Shown in pieces: positions 29,801 to 37,935 of a stretch of DNA of 64,000 nucleotides. The notes under the pieces are model-generated. The model made no database searches. It saw only the letters and a program-made list of their open reading frames with translations, and was not told the origin of the DNA. This stretch comes from a bacterium HR16 (lineage in GTDB: Bacteria > Armatimonadota > HRBIN16). A program made the translations under genes and the position numbers. The stretch covers positions 7,106 to 71,105 of the forward strand of contig BEHS01000001.1 of NCBI GenBank assembly GCA_002898895.1, written 5' to 3'. Position 1 is the stretch's first letter; each line of letters opens with the position of its first letter.

Positions 29801-29999
29801 CAACAGCTCCGCAACAGTATACATCCCCAAGCTGGGCATCGCCAACCCCGTCCTGACAGAAGCGGAAGGCAGAGTATGGCGCAACGGCGCGTTTATACCC
29901 AGAGTACCCGGCGTGAAAAGTGCACGTGATGAGGGCGACTGGATGATAGTGGAAGTCGGCTCCGGCGACTATCATTTTAAGCTACAGGCAGACAGATGA
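26814..29999 (+). CDS. alpha-L-rhamnosidase (GH78) with N-terminal carbohydrate-binding domains
   Basis: GTG start with RBS AAGGAGGAAGG. Signal peptide. GH78 N-domain, concanavalin-like and (alpha/alpha)6 catalytic regions (e.g. GLGYYELYLNGQKVGDRVLDP, DCPQRDERQGWMGD). Confidence 0.9.
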   Translation: MKLRTDWPLVLVLLLVFALPGESKRRLSVTHLLTEWLENPLGIDAPQPHFSWQMQHQERGASQSAYQIQVASRPELLRDGKADMWDSGKVVSSQNLHIRYEGKPLQSRTTYYWRVRIWDHNDVTSAYSQPATFETALLHPDEWQAKWIAVPRAGGNGWHSQFADSVDVTKWVQLDLRQPVEFRRVVLYPARPHNWVRDEPGFGFPVRFRLEASDEPDFTHSRVLADYTQADVPNPGAKPFSIDVGNQKARYVRLVITKLHHPADTRPLAALAEMEVQDAKGNNLALYATVTTDGWNMDSIEENDWGRAMLTDGVRESRPSDTYAPMLRREFRVAGRVKRARAYVTGLGYYELYLNGQKVGDRVLDPPYTNFHKRIYYSTYDVTPLLRRGDNCVSALLGNGWWKGKPHLLLQMHIEYTDGTEQTILSDGEWRWAKSPILDNSLYHGETYDARLEQSGWCEPGFAEQQGEWQPVLVSELSGVTLSAQMMPPVKVTQTLKPRWISEPRPGVFVVDFGQNFSGWCRLKVKGSAGTTVTLKHAEVLFENGLVNQQNLRSARATDTYILKGEGVEVYEPRFTYHGFRYVQVEGYPGTLKPEDIEGRVVHTSFTQRGQFECSNELLTQIQRNAQWGYRTNWHSIPTDCPQRDERQGWMGDAQMTANMGLYNFTAESAYVKFLRDIADAQGEDGRIPDTVPHVWGTNPGDPQWAGAYLFIAWDMYRHTGAKHLLEAHYEGFKRYVEMLRREAGESYILTRNNYGDWVAVVETPKDLISTGTYYLSVKVLADIARVLGKHTDEREYRALCERIADAFNKRFWNAQTGQYGNGSQFSNIFPLYLGIVPEEHRQKVLDNVIHDITVNHKGHLSTGFIGTRYLLDTLTMLGRADIAYLVASQDTYPSWGYMVRMGATTIWELWKYEVGPGMNSHNHPAFGLVSGWFYETLAGIQPDASRGDWEHFIVRPHPVGDLRWAQASVDTVRGRAGVRWERRPDAFLLSVIVPANSSATVYIPKLGIANPVLTEAEGRVWRNGAFIPRVPGVKSARDEGDWMIVEVGSGDYHFKLQADR

Positions 30000-30003
30000 A
30001 CAG

Positions 30004-30032
30004 TTGCCCTCCCGCGGAAGGTGTGATATAAT
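30004..30032 (+). promoter_or_regulatory. sigma-70-type promoter with extended -10 (TTGCCC-N17-TGaTATAAT)
   Basis: Near-consensus -10 TATAAT at 30027-30032 with TGn. 17-nt spacer. 26 nt upstream of the ATG at 30058. Confidence 0.5.
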
Positions 30033-30057
30033 CGGTGACACTGCTGGGGGTGCTGAG

Positions 30058-30375
30058 ATGGAGGAGCAGCAGCCACAATCTGAACAAGCCACGCAGGAAG
30101 AACAGGCTCAAAAACAGCCTGTAGATGTGGTGACCTTCGTCTTGTGGCTGATCGATGAGCTGCAGGCCCAGGCATGGATTAAAATGGGCTTGTGGAAAGA
30201 CCCCATCTCGGGGGAGTTGCATACAGACCTGCCACAGGCGAAGATTGCTATCGATGGTGTGGCGGCGCTGGCAGAGGTACTGAAACCCCACATAACAGAC
30301 TCACAGCGTCGCGATTTGGAGCGTTTGCTGACCGACTTACGGCTCAATTTTGTGCAGCGCAGTGCGGGTGGCTAG
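30058..30375 (+). CDS. DUF1844-like acidic protein
   Basis: Acidic Gln/Glu-rich N-terminus then FVLWLIDELQAQAWIKMG signature. Confidence 0.55.
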   Translation: MEEQQPQSEQATQEEQAQKQPVDVVTFVLWLIDELQAQAWIKMGLWKDPISGELHTDLPQAKIAIDGVAALAEVLKPHITDSQRRDLERLLTDLRLNFVQRSAGG

Positions 30376-30414
30376 TTATCTGCACTGCGAATCGAAAGAG
30401 AGAAGGAGGCGACC

Positions 30415-30981
30415 ATGCATCGTTCGCAAGAAAGCGCTGAGGTTCGCTGGCTACGTGCGCAGTGGGCGCGCTATTATTTTGTCCGACGCTGTTATCTATG
30501 GGCAGTACGGGGGGTCAGGGCGTTTACCGCGTGGGTACAGGACGGGGTGTCTCTGGTGGCGCACTGGATTCTGGAGCGCACCGACCCGCTGGCACAGTAC
30601 CGGCGCCAGCGCGAGCAGTTTCTTGCTTTCTACGAACAGTATGAGCAGCTGGTAGACGTGTTGTGCTGGGCAGCGCGTGACACCGTGCACGACGGTTGCG
30701 ACGAACAGTATCAACAGGTGCGAAACTGGTTCACAAAGCACTACGCCCCCGTGCGCCGCGCGATGGCTCCCTTTATCCGACAGGTGCTCTCCGAGGGGGA
30801 CGGCAACTCGCAAGAAGACCCCTTCGAGAAGCTGTTCGCACCGGCGCATGTGATGCAGGTAATCGAAGGCGATGAGGGTGACCTGCTGGGGCGCATTATC
30901 CTGACGCGCGAGATCGTGGCTCGCTATGATGCCCATTTACGAGCGCAAATAGATAAATACGGGCAAAGAGCGGGACACTGA
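30415..30981 (+). CDS. hypothetical protein
   Basis: ORF with RBS GGAGG upstream. No recognised motifs. Confidence 0.4.
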   Translation: MHRSQESAEVRWLRAQWARYYFVRRCYLWAVRGVRAFTAWVQDGVSLVAHWILERTDPLAQYRRQREQFLAFYEQYEQLVDVLCWAARDTVHDGCDEQYQQVRNWFTKHYAPVRRAMAPFIRQVLSEGDGNSQEDPFEKLFAPAHVMQVIEGDEGDLLGRIILTREIVARYDAHLRAQIDKYGQRAGH

Positions 30982-30983
30982 AG

Positions 30984-31961
30984 ATGCAGATACGCCTTTT
31001 GCGCGCGGGAGACGAACCTGCGGTTTTGACACTGTGGGACCGGTGTATGGGGGAGCAGTTCCCGCTGGATTCCGCTCTGTTCGAGCAGAACGTGCTGAGG
31101 GACGCTCACTTTGACCCGGAGGCGGTTTGGGTAGCGGAAGACAATGGGGGAAACCTGCTTGCGTATGCGCACGCGAAGGTGTGCAGAGAACCGCTGGGTT
31201 CGGCGGGTATGATGCCCGAGCAGGGGTGGATCGGCGCACTTGCTTTCCTGCCCAATGAAGAGGGCTTACAGGCGGCTCGCCTGCTCCTGCAAACTGCGCT
31301 GGAGTGGCTGAAAGCGAAGGGGAGAAAGCGGGTAAACTATGGTTCCGACCCTGCCCACTTCTTCCCCGGCGTTCCCACCGAGCAAACCCTCCATCAGCAG
31401 CTCTTGCGGGAGGCGGGGTTCACCATCGGCGAACATGTGGCGGTGGACCTGGTGCGTGAACTGGCGGACTATCGCGTGCCTGAAGAGGTGGAAGCGAATC
31501 TGCAACGCCTGCACGAGGAATACGCCATACGCTCCTGCACCCCCGATGATGTGCCTGCCCTGCTCCGCTTCTTACAGCAGGAGTTCCCCGGCAGGTGGTA
31601 CTACGAGACCGCAAAGAGGCTGGAGGTAGAGGACACCCCTCGCGACATCCTTATCCTCACGCATGGGGACGAGGTAGTGGGATTCTGCCACACTTTTCAT
31701 CGCGGCTCCAAGCGCATTGGGCCATCCATCTACTGGCGCAAGTTGTTGGGTGAAGCGTACGGCGGATTGGGACCCATCGGTCTTGCAGGGAGCACGCGGG
31801 GGAAAGGGTTGGGACTGGCTCTGCTCTGCAAAGGCGTGGAATATGTCAAGCAGCAGGGTGCACAGCGCATGGCGATTGACTGGACCGACCTGGTGGACTT
31901 CTACGGCAAAATCGGCTTCCGCGTGTGGAAGCGATACCATCCGGCGTCTCGACGGATTTAG
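30984..31961 (+). CDS. GNAT family N-acetyltransferase (tandem GNAT domains)
   Basis: Two acetyl-CoA binding Q/RxxGxG/A-like segments (LKAKGRKRV, RGKGLGLALL). Confidence 0.7.
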   Translation: MQIRLLRAGDEPAVLTLWDRCMGEQFPLDSALFEQNVLRDAHFDPEAVWVAEDNGGNLLAYAHAKVCREPLGSAGMMPEQGWIGALAFLPNEEGLQAARLLLQTALEWLKAKGRKRVNYGSDPAHFFPGVPTEQTLHQQLLREAGFTIGEHVAVDLVRELADYRVPEEVEANLQRLHEEYAIRSCTPDDVPALLRFLQQEFPGRWYYETAKRLEVEDTPRDILILTHGDEVVGFCHTFHRGSKRIGPSIYWRKLLGEAYGGLGPIGLAGSTRGKGLGLALLCKGVEYVKQQGAQRMAIDWTDLVDFYGKIGFRVWKRYHPASRRI

Positions 31962-31973
31962 CACATCCGCGTG

Positions 31974-32110
31974 GAGGGCGCACCTGCCGGCAAGCCGGTT
32001 TAGCCCCCACCCCAGCCCTTCCCGCGAGCGGTGAGGGAGCGGTTCCTCCCCCGTCCACGGGGGAGGTCAGGAGGGGGCTTCACACGGCTCGGCAGGAGCC
32101 TCGCCCTCCA
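31974..32110. repeat. MITE-like composite element (137 bp) with about 25-bp terminal inverted repeats and central CCTCCCCC-GTCCAC-GGGGGAGG hairpin
   Basis: About 85% identical to 39647-39773. TIR GGAGGGCGCACCTGCCGGCAAGCCG / CGGCTCGGCAGGAGCCTCGCCCTCC. Confidence 0.65.
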
Positions 32111-32117
32111 TGCGGGC

Positions 32118-32837
32118 TTATATTGTTATCCGCCGCCTCAACAGTCTACCCGTACCCAGCAACCCGGCTAGCATCAGCGAGAGCGTCCCTCCTTCAGGAA
32201 CCGCTTGAGGGGTAAATCCCCCTTCCGGCGTCAGGATGAAATCCTGCGAGCGTGTGCCGTTGCCGGGCAAGGGCGCGTCGTACAGAACACCGTTGAGAAC
32301 GCCCAGGCCGTTCCATGCCTGCAGATAGCTCTGCGCCAGCGTAAGGGTCAGGCTATCGATAGAGCTGCGGTTTGTGCCGTTGAACACGTTCGTCACGCGA
32401 AAGCGTCCGCTGCCGAACGGGTCCGCCCCAAAGCCATCATACAGAGCCTCCCAGATGGCTAACTGCAGGGCGGCACGACCGCGTGCATCCGTAGCGGATG
32501 GACGGTTCTTCCACAACGCCCCCATCGCCCAGTCCGCGCGGCGCCCGTCGTCCAGCGCAGTAGCAGCGGTGTTCTTTTGCACAGCATCCCACGAACCACT
32601 CGCCACCGCCTGCTTCAGGTCTACACACCATGCTTCCTTTGGCAAGGGGTATCCCCCAACATTCAGGCGCACTGCGCCGATATATACCCAACGGGTGCTA
32701 CCGTCCAGAACGGTATCGGCGGTGTAGCTGTTATCGTAATTGTGCAGGCTGATAGTAACTGCGCTGGCGCTACTGGCGAGCACAAACCCAATCACCAGGC
32801 TCAAAATCCATCTCCTCATCAGACACTCCTCCTTCAC
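32118..32837 (-). CDS. PEP-CTERM sorting-domain secreted protein
   Basis: Signal peptide. C-terminal VPEGGTLSLMLAGLLGTGRLLRRR (PEP-like motif, TM helix, Arg-rich tail). Probable start at 32819. Confidence 0.6.
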   Translation of the reverse strand: MKEECLMRRWILSLVIGFVLASSASAVTISLHNYDNSYTADTVLDGSTRWVYIGAVRLNVGGYPLPKEAWCVDLKQAVASGSWDAVQKNTAATALDDGRRADWAMGALWKNRPSATDARGRAALQLAIWEALYDGFGADPFGSGRFRVTNVFNGTNRSSIDSLTLTLAQSYLQAWNGLGVLNGVLYDAPLPGNGTRSQDFILTPEGGFTPQAVPEGGTLSLMLAGLLGTGRLLRRRITI

Positions 32838-32931
32838 GGTGTACTGGCACCCATATATGCTGCAAGAGGAGTGCCATACCTGTTGCGCACTTTGCGGGGA
32901 TTGAACGAAAAACGGTAAAGTAACGGGGATA

Positions 32932-34026
32932 CTACTCCTCCTCTACGTCCCTCTCCACCCACACGAATCGCGGCGTTTTCGCGTCGGCGAAGTTCAGCTC
33001 CACCAGCCGACGGAACAGCTGCTCCTCCATCACCTGCTCTGCGAGATCCCTTCGCAAGACGCGAAAATAGAGCTGCATCACGCGATAGTGCACCTTGCCT
33101 AACGCCAACGACCCCGTGCGCATCCCCTCGTCGGTCGCCAGCGTCTGCCCCAATACCGCCCGCGCAATCTCCTTGTTATGAAACTGCACCGCCTGCAGAT
33201 ACGCCGCGCCAACAGGTGACTTGCCCTCTAACAACTCGATCTGCACGTCCTCCGGCAGCACTACCGCCGTCTCCTGCTGGATACGGTCCAGCACCTCCAG
33301 CAGCTCTCGCCGTTCGGCTTCGGGCACATGGCGCGGAACCACCCCCTTCACCGTCGGCGCACCGAACTTCTCCAGCGACAACAGCCAGAACTTCAGCAGC
33401 AACCCCTTCGCCCACCAGTGCTTGTACGCCGCGCGCAGGTCACTGCGCCCCGTCGGCGATTCGTAACTGCCGTTGTAGGAATACACCACGAACTTCTCGG
33501 CGGGCAGAGGCTTCTCCTCACCCGCAGGCGTGCGCAGGTACAATGCCTTCAGGTTTCGGAACTCATCTGTCTCCAGCCGGAACAGGCGGGGCGGTTTGCT
33601 CTTGATGCTCTGCCATATCACCATCCCGCTCCACGGCTCCTGCTCGCACAGCGTGTAGTTAATCTCCTGCACCGAGTAGCCGTGCGCTAAGGCGTCCAGC
33701 GCGTTCAGCAGGATGCGGATCACCGAACCGCGCAGCTGCCCCAGCGCAAAGCGCACCAGCTCCGCCGCCCGTTGTGATGGCGCGTCTTCGCCACCGGGCA
33801 CGATTTGCCAGTCCGCGTCCAGCACGCCGAACTTCTTGGTGGTGAGCGCAGACTGCACCTGCGCATCGGTGAGCATCTCCTCGTACACCCGCTCTCCGCG
33901 CGTGCGAAGCAGGTCGTTCGCATCCCCTGCGCCACCAAAACGAAGGGCGGCGATGGGTTCCACCGCCGCCTGCTCCCGGTCCAGTCCGCGCCGCCTCACG
34001 CGACGCCATAGCTGCGAAAACACCAT
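32932..34026 (-). CDS. hypothetical protein, possibly phage portal-like (DUF935/Mu gp29-like)
   Basis: Weak recollection-based similarity (KFWLLSLEKFGAPTVKG region). Prophage head genes are nearby at 36978-41976. Confidence 0.3.
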   Translation of the reverse strand: MVFSQLWRRVRRRGLDREQAAVEPIAALRFGGAGDANDLLRTRGERVYEEMLTDAQVQSALTTKKFGVLDADWQIVPGGEDAPSQRAAELVRFALGQLRGSVIRILLNALDALAHGYSVQEINYTLCEQEPWSGMVIWQSIKSKPPRLFRLETDEFRNLKALYLRTPAGEEKPLPAEKFVVYSYNGSYESPTGRSDLRAAYKHWWAKGLLLKFWLLSLEKFGAPTVKGVVPRHVPEAERRELLEVLDRIQQETAVVLPEDVQIELLEGKSPVGAAYLQAVQFHNKEIARAVLGQTLATDEGMRTGSLALGKVHYRVMQLYFRVLRRDLAEQVMEEQLFRRLVELNFADAKTPRFVWVERDVEEE

Positions 34027-34051
34027 ACGCTGCCTCCTGTTACCACCGAAG

Positions 34052-35308
34052 TTATCCCAACACCACCAGCGCGTCCTCCGGCGTGGTGACCACCTGCGCC
34101 CCGCTTGCCTTCAGCCGCTCTATGATTTCCATCGCCTGCCCGCTGGTGAAGTCGCGCTCCTGCCAGTTGCAGTCCGCCAGCAGCACCCGTTTGCCCGCCC
34201 GTTGCGCCTCCTCTACCGCCTGCAGGTTCGCCAGGTTGCCGTATCCAAACGCCACCGGCGCAACGAGTATCGCATCCGCCCTCGCCAGCGCGTCGCGCAG
34301 TAGGGCAAGGCTCTCGGCTGAGATGGGCGTGAACGGCGCCTCCGTGATGACCTCTGCGCCCAGCTCCTGCGCTACCTCCTCGTCGCTATCCAGCAGGTGC
34401 AACACCCCCACCGAAAGATGCCATCCCGCCCGCGCCAGCGCGCCAATCCATCCCGCGCCCGTCCCTCCACCGCAGATCACGTGCACACGCCTGCCGTTGC
34501 CCGCCTGCGACTCCACGTGCTGTAACGTGCGTGGCAACACATGCGGACGCCCCGTCGCCGGATTCACCCGTACCCACGCATCCAGACCGAACACCCGCGC
34601 CAGCAGGGAGGGGGTAATCACCTCCGACGGCGCACCGTCCGCCACCAGCTGCCCCTGTCGAAGCACAACCAGCCTGTCGCAGAACTCTGAAGCGAGGTTG
34701 ATGTCGTGTAGCGCCGCCAGCACCGTCAACCCCTCTTCGCGATTGAGCTGGCGCAGTAGCGAAAGCGTGCCCACCTGATGCGCTACGTCTAGGTGCGTCA
34801 ACGGCTCGTCCAGAAACAGCAAGGGCGTCTCCTGCGCTAACCCACGCGCCAGCACCACCCGCTGACGCTCGCCACCGCTGAGCGTGCCGAAAGCGCGTTC
34901 CGCCAGCGACAGGCTGTCCGTGCGCTCCATCGCCCGCCGAGTCGCCTGCATGTCCTCCGCGCGCTCTTTGCCCCACCAGCCGATGTACGGCGCGCGCCCC
35001 AGCAACACCACCTCCCACGCGGTGAAACCGAACGCCACGTCCTCACGCTGGGGCACAAACGCCAGCCTCTGCGCCACATCCTTCGCCCGCAGCTGAGCCA
35101 GCGGTTGTCCGTCCAGCCACACCTGTCCCTTTTGCGGCTTTAACACTCCGCTGAGCACGCGCAACAGCGTGGACTTGCCGCTGCCGTTCGGTCCCAGCAA
35201 GCCCACAAACTCACCGCGCGAGATACACAGGTTGATGCCCTTCAATACAGGCGTTGCACCGTATCCCGCCCAGATATCTTCAGCACGTACGATTTCTGTA
35301 TTCACCAT
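34052..35308 (-). CDS. ABC transporter ATP-binding protein (FecE/BtuD-like) fused to a C-terminal about 170-aa domain of unknown function
   Basis: Walker A GPNGSGKST, ABC signature LSGGERQR, Walker B LLFLDEP, H-loop. C-terminal extension with GGGTGAG Gly-rich loop. No adjacent permease or substrate-binding genes. Confidence 0.75.
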   Translation of the reverse strand: MVNTEIVRAEDIWAGYGATPVLKGINLCISRGEFVGLLGPNGSGKSTLLRVLSGVLKPQKGQVWLDGQPLAQLRAKDVAQRLAFVPQREDVAFGFTAWEVVLLGRAPYIGWWGKERAEDMQATRRAMERTDSLSLAERAFGTLSGGERQRVVLARGLAQETPLLFLDEPLTHLDVAHQVGTLSLLRQLNREEGLTVLAALHDINLASEFCDRLVVLRQGQLVADGAPSEVITPSLLARVFGLDAWVRVNPATGRPHVLPRTLQHVESQAGNGRRVHVICGGGTGAGWIGALARAGWHLSVGVLHLLDSDEEVAQELGAEVITEAPFTPISAESLALLRDALARADAILVAPVAFGYGNLANLQAVEEAQRAGKRVLLADCNWQERDFTSGQAMEIIERLKASGAQVVTTPEDALVVLG

Positions 35309-35311
35309 TGC

Positions 35312-35340
35312 TTGACAATCCGCTTGTCCGGTGCTATGAT
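35312..35340 (+). promoter_or_regulatory. sigma-70 consensus promoter TTGACA-N17-TATGAT
   Basis: Perfect -35, 17-nt spacer, -10 TATGAT. About 75 nt upstream of the HAF-protein start. Confidence 0.5.
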
Positions 35341-35416
35341 TGCTCCGCCAGCTCGGCATAAGTTTCGCCCGTTCCCACCCGGGCGAGCCTCACTGTGAGA
35401 AAGGAGTGGAAACGAA

Positions 35417-36916
35417 ATGGTTCGCCTATCAACCCTTTACGTTTTCGCCTGCGCGTTCTCCTTCGCGCTGAGCCTCTCTGCCGTCCACGCTCAGTATACC
35501 ATCACCGACCTGGGCGCGATCACCGCTAACGGGCAAAGCCGCGGCTACGGCATCAACAACCTCGGCGAAGTCGCCGGATGGTCGGATGGACACGCCTTCT
35601 TCTGGACAGGCGGTGTGCTCATAGACCTCGGCGTGCTGTCGGGTACCGCCAGCGAAGGGCGCGATGTCAACGACCTCGCACAGGTGGTCGGCTGGAGCGA
35701 TGCCGCACAGGCGCGCCATCCCTTTATCTGGAAAGACCTCAACGGCAACCGCCTCGCCGACCCGGGCGAGATGGTGGACCTGCGTCCCATCCCCAATACC
35801 TGGCAGGGCAGAGCGTACGGCATCAACAACGCCGGGCACGTGGTAGGGTGGTCTGCTATCAACCCCGATGGGGTGTACCACGCCTTCCGCTGGAGTTACA
35901 ACACAGGCGGCTGGTGGGACTGGTTTGACCTCGGCAACATCACCGGCAATCCCGACGAAATCAGCCTCGCTAACGACATCAACAACCTCGGACAGGTGGT
36001 GGGAGGCTCCGGCTCGGCGGGCAGCCGACGCGCTTTCCGTACACAACCCTACGCCGCTATCAACCCGCTCACCGATGCCCTGCCCTATCTGCCCAACGGC
36101 ACAACCGCCGAAGCCTTCGGCATTAACGACCGGGGTCAGGTAGTGGGCTTCTCCAACACGCGCGTGGGAACCAGCACCCTCACCCGTCCCGTACTGTGGG
36201 AGGGCAGTTCTGTTATCGATCTGGGCACACTGGGAGGCAATATCGGACGCGCGTACGGCATTAACAACCTCGGGCACGTCGTGGGACACTCCTATCTGTC
36301 GGACAACATCTCCTTACGCGCCTTCCTGTGGGTGAACGGTGTGCTTCGCGACCTCAACGACCTCCTGCCGCCAGGTTCCGGCTGGGTGCTCAACGAGGCG
36401 CGCGCCATCAACAACTTCGGACAGATTACCGGCTACGGCGCACACAACGGCATTACTCGCGCGTTCCTGATGACACCTGTGCCTACCACCGTCACCGTAA
36501 ATCTGGACGGCTACACGGGCGATTACTCCAGATTGCCCCTGCAGGTGGAGGTGCGCTCGACAACAGGGGAGACTCTGCTTACGTTCAGCCCAGCACTGAA
36601 CGCCGACGGTACGTTTCCCCTCACCCTCACGCCGACGACCTATACCCTCGCCTTCAAGGCAGACCGCTCCCTGCGCCGCGTGCTGACAGGCATCACCGTG
36701 CCGGCGGGAACCCTGGCGGTGAACCTCGTCAACGGCGACGCCGACGGCGATAACGAGGTCAGCCTGTTCGATTTCGGTAAACTGGTCGGCGCGTTCGGTA
36801 AGCTGGATGGAGAGGAGGGCTTTGAACCCACCGCCGACTTCGACGGCGACGGCGAAATCAGCCTGTTCGATTTCGGCATCCTGGTGCGTAACTTCGGGGA
36901 AGTAGGAGATGAATAA
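35417..36916 (+). CDS. secreted HAF-family repeat protein with C-terminal carboxypeptidase-regulatory-like and dockerin-like domains
   Basis: Signal peptide. Six or more GINNxGxVVGWS HAF repeats. C-terminus NGDADGDNEVSLFDFGKLV...DFDGDGEISLFDFGILVRNFGEVGDE paralogous to the 15028-17064 C-terminus. Confidence 0.7.
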   Translation: MVRLSTLYVFACAFSFALSLSAVHAQYTITDLGAITANGQSRGYGINNLGEVAGWSDGHAFFWTGGVLIDLGVLSGTASEGRDVNDLAQVVGWSDAAQARHPFIWKDLNGNRLADPGEMVDLRPIPNTWQGRAYGINNAGHVVGWSAINPDGVYHAFRWSYNTGGWWDWFDLGNITGNPDEISLANDINNLGQVVGGSGSAGSRRAFRTQPYAAINPLTDALPYLPNGTTAEAFGINDRGQVVGFSNTRVGTSTLTRPVLWEGSSVIDLGTLGGNIGRAYGINNLGHVVGHSYLSDNISLRAFLWVNGVLRDLNDLLPPGSGWVLNEARAINNFGQITGYGAHNGITRAFLMTPVPTTVTVNLDGYTGDYSRLPLQVEVRSTTGETLLTFSPALNADGTFPLTLTPTTYTLAFKADRSLRRVLTGITVPAGTLAVNLVNGDADGDNEVSLFDFGKLVGAFGKLDGEEGFEPTADFDGDGEISLFDFGILVRNFGEVGDE

Positions 36917-36927
36917 CTGACTGAACG

Positions 36928-36956
36928 CCCCTCTCCCGTCTGCGACGGGAGAGGGG
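36928..36956. terminator. GC-rich hairpin CCCCTCTCCCGTC-TGC-GACGGGAGAGGGG
   Basis: 13-bp perfect stem with 3-nt loop 11 nt after the stop. Same stem sequence as the hairpin at 17080-17107. Confidence 0.45.
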
Positions 36957-36977
36957 GCAGCCGACGAGGGCAGCTTC

Positions 36978-37295
36978 CTACCGGCTCCACACCGCCACCT
37001 TCACTGCGGGGGCGTTTCCTATTTTCAGCGTGACCACCCTCCGCACCGTGTAGCCTGCTCCGTCGCGGGAGATACTGTCGCCCTCGTTCAGCACCTCGTC
37101 TGCCGCTGTGACCCCTGCCCACATCGGACGGCTGAAACCCAGCAGGTCGTTGTCGGTAAACAGACTGCGCAACAGCCCGCTCGTCGCCACAAATACCACC
37201 ATGCGCACCGTGCGCGTGCCGTTCACTGTCACATCCTCACCGTGCCGCTTCACCAGCGACCTCAGCCGTTCTGCTCGCGTCGACATCTGCCTCAC
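36978..37295 (-). CDS. phage head-tail adaptor-like protein
   Basis: Size and position at the distal end of the head module. Weak recollection-based similarity. Confidence 0.3.
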   Translation of the reverse strand: MRQMSTRAERLRSLVKRHGEDVTVNGTRTVRMVVFVATSGLLRSLFTDNDLLGFSRPMWAGVTAADEVLNEGDSISRDGAGYTVRRVVTLKIGNAPAVKVAVWSR

Positions 37296-37715
37296 CTACC
37301 AGCCCAGCATCGACTGCTCAGAAACCTGCCGCTCCCGATGGCGCGTGGTGGATTGCGTGTATATCGGCTTCAGGAACGGCATGAGCCTCGCCCATCCACG
37401 CTGAATCAGACCGTACGGGTCGCCCAAATCGGCACGCGACTGAGGGCTTTCACCCACTCGTACACCGCCCGCCTCGAACGCCTCTGTTGCTCCTTCCTCG
37501 CGCAACCGCTGTGCCAGAAACTCACCCGCGATAATCTCCGTCGCGCCCCGACTGAGCACCGTATCCAGCGTGCTATCCGCCAGCGCGTCCGATGACAGCG
37601 TGTACTCTATCACAGGAACCAGGTCGGCAATGAGCGCATCGATCTGCGCGTCGTAAGCGGTGGACGATACCGCTGCCGTGCGCTTCACCGCCTCTCGTGT
37701 GACCGTAATCGCCAT
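37296..37715 (-). CDS. phage gp6-like head-tail connector protein
   Basis: Typical size. N-terminal MAITVTREAVKRTAAVSSTAYDAQIDALIADLVPVIE pattern resembles gp6-like connector proteins. Confidence 0.4.
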   Translation of the reverse strand: MAITVTREAVKRTAAVSSTAYDAQIDALIADLVPVIEYTLSSDALADSTLDTVLSRGATEIIAGEFLAQRLREEGATEAFEAGGVRVGESPQSRADLGDPYGLIQRGWARLMPFLKPIYTQSTTRHRERQVSEQSMLGW

Positions 37716-37728
37716 CTGCCACCTCCCC

Positions 37729-37932
37729 CTACGCCTGCTGCACTACCTGCCACTTGCGGAAGTTCTCGGCGATGTCGTCCAGCTTAACGGCGCGGAAGTC
37801 CCATACGTCGCCTTCCTGCACGGCAACCCCGAACAGCTTCTGGATAGCTGTAGCGGAGACAGATACTCGCTCTCCGGTGTCTATGTCCACGAAGACGATG
37901 TTCGTTCCAGCGGTCTTCACGTATGCTCTCAT
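37729..37932 (-). CDS. hypothetical phage-module protein
   Basis: Small ORF co-directional within the phage block. Confidence 0.3.
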   Translation of the reverse strand: MRAYVKTAGTNIVFVDIDTGERVSVSATAIQKLFGVAVQEGDVWDFRAVKLDDIAENFRKWQVVQQA

Positions 37933-37935
37933 GGC

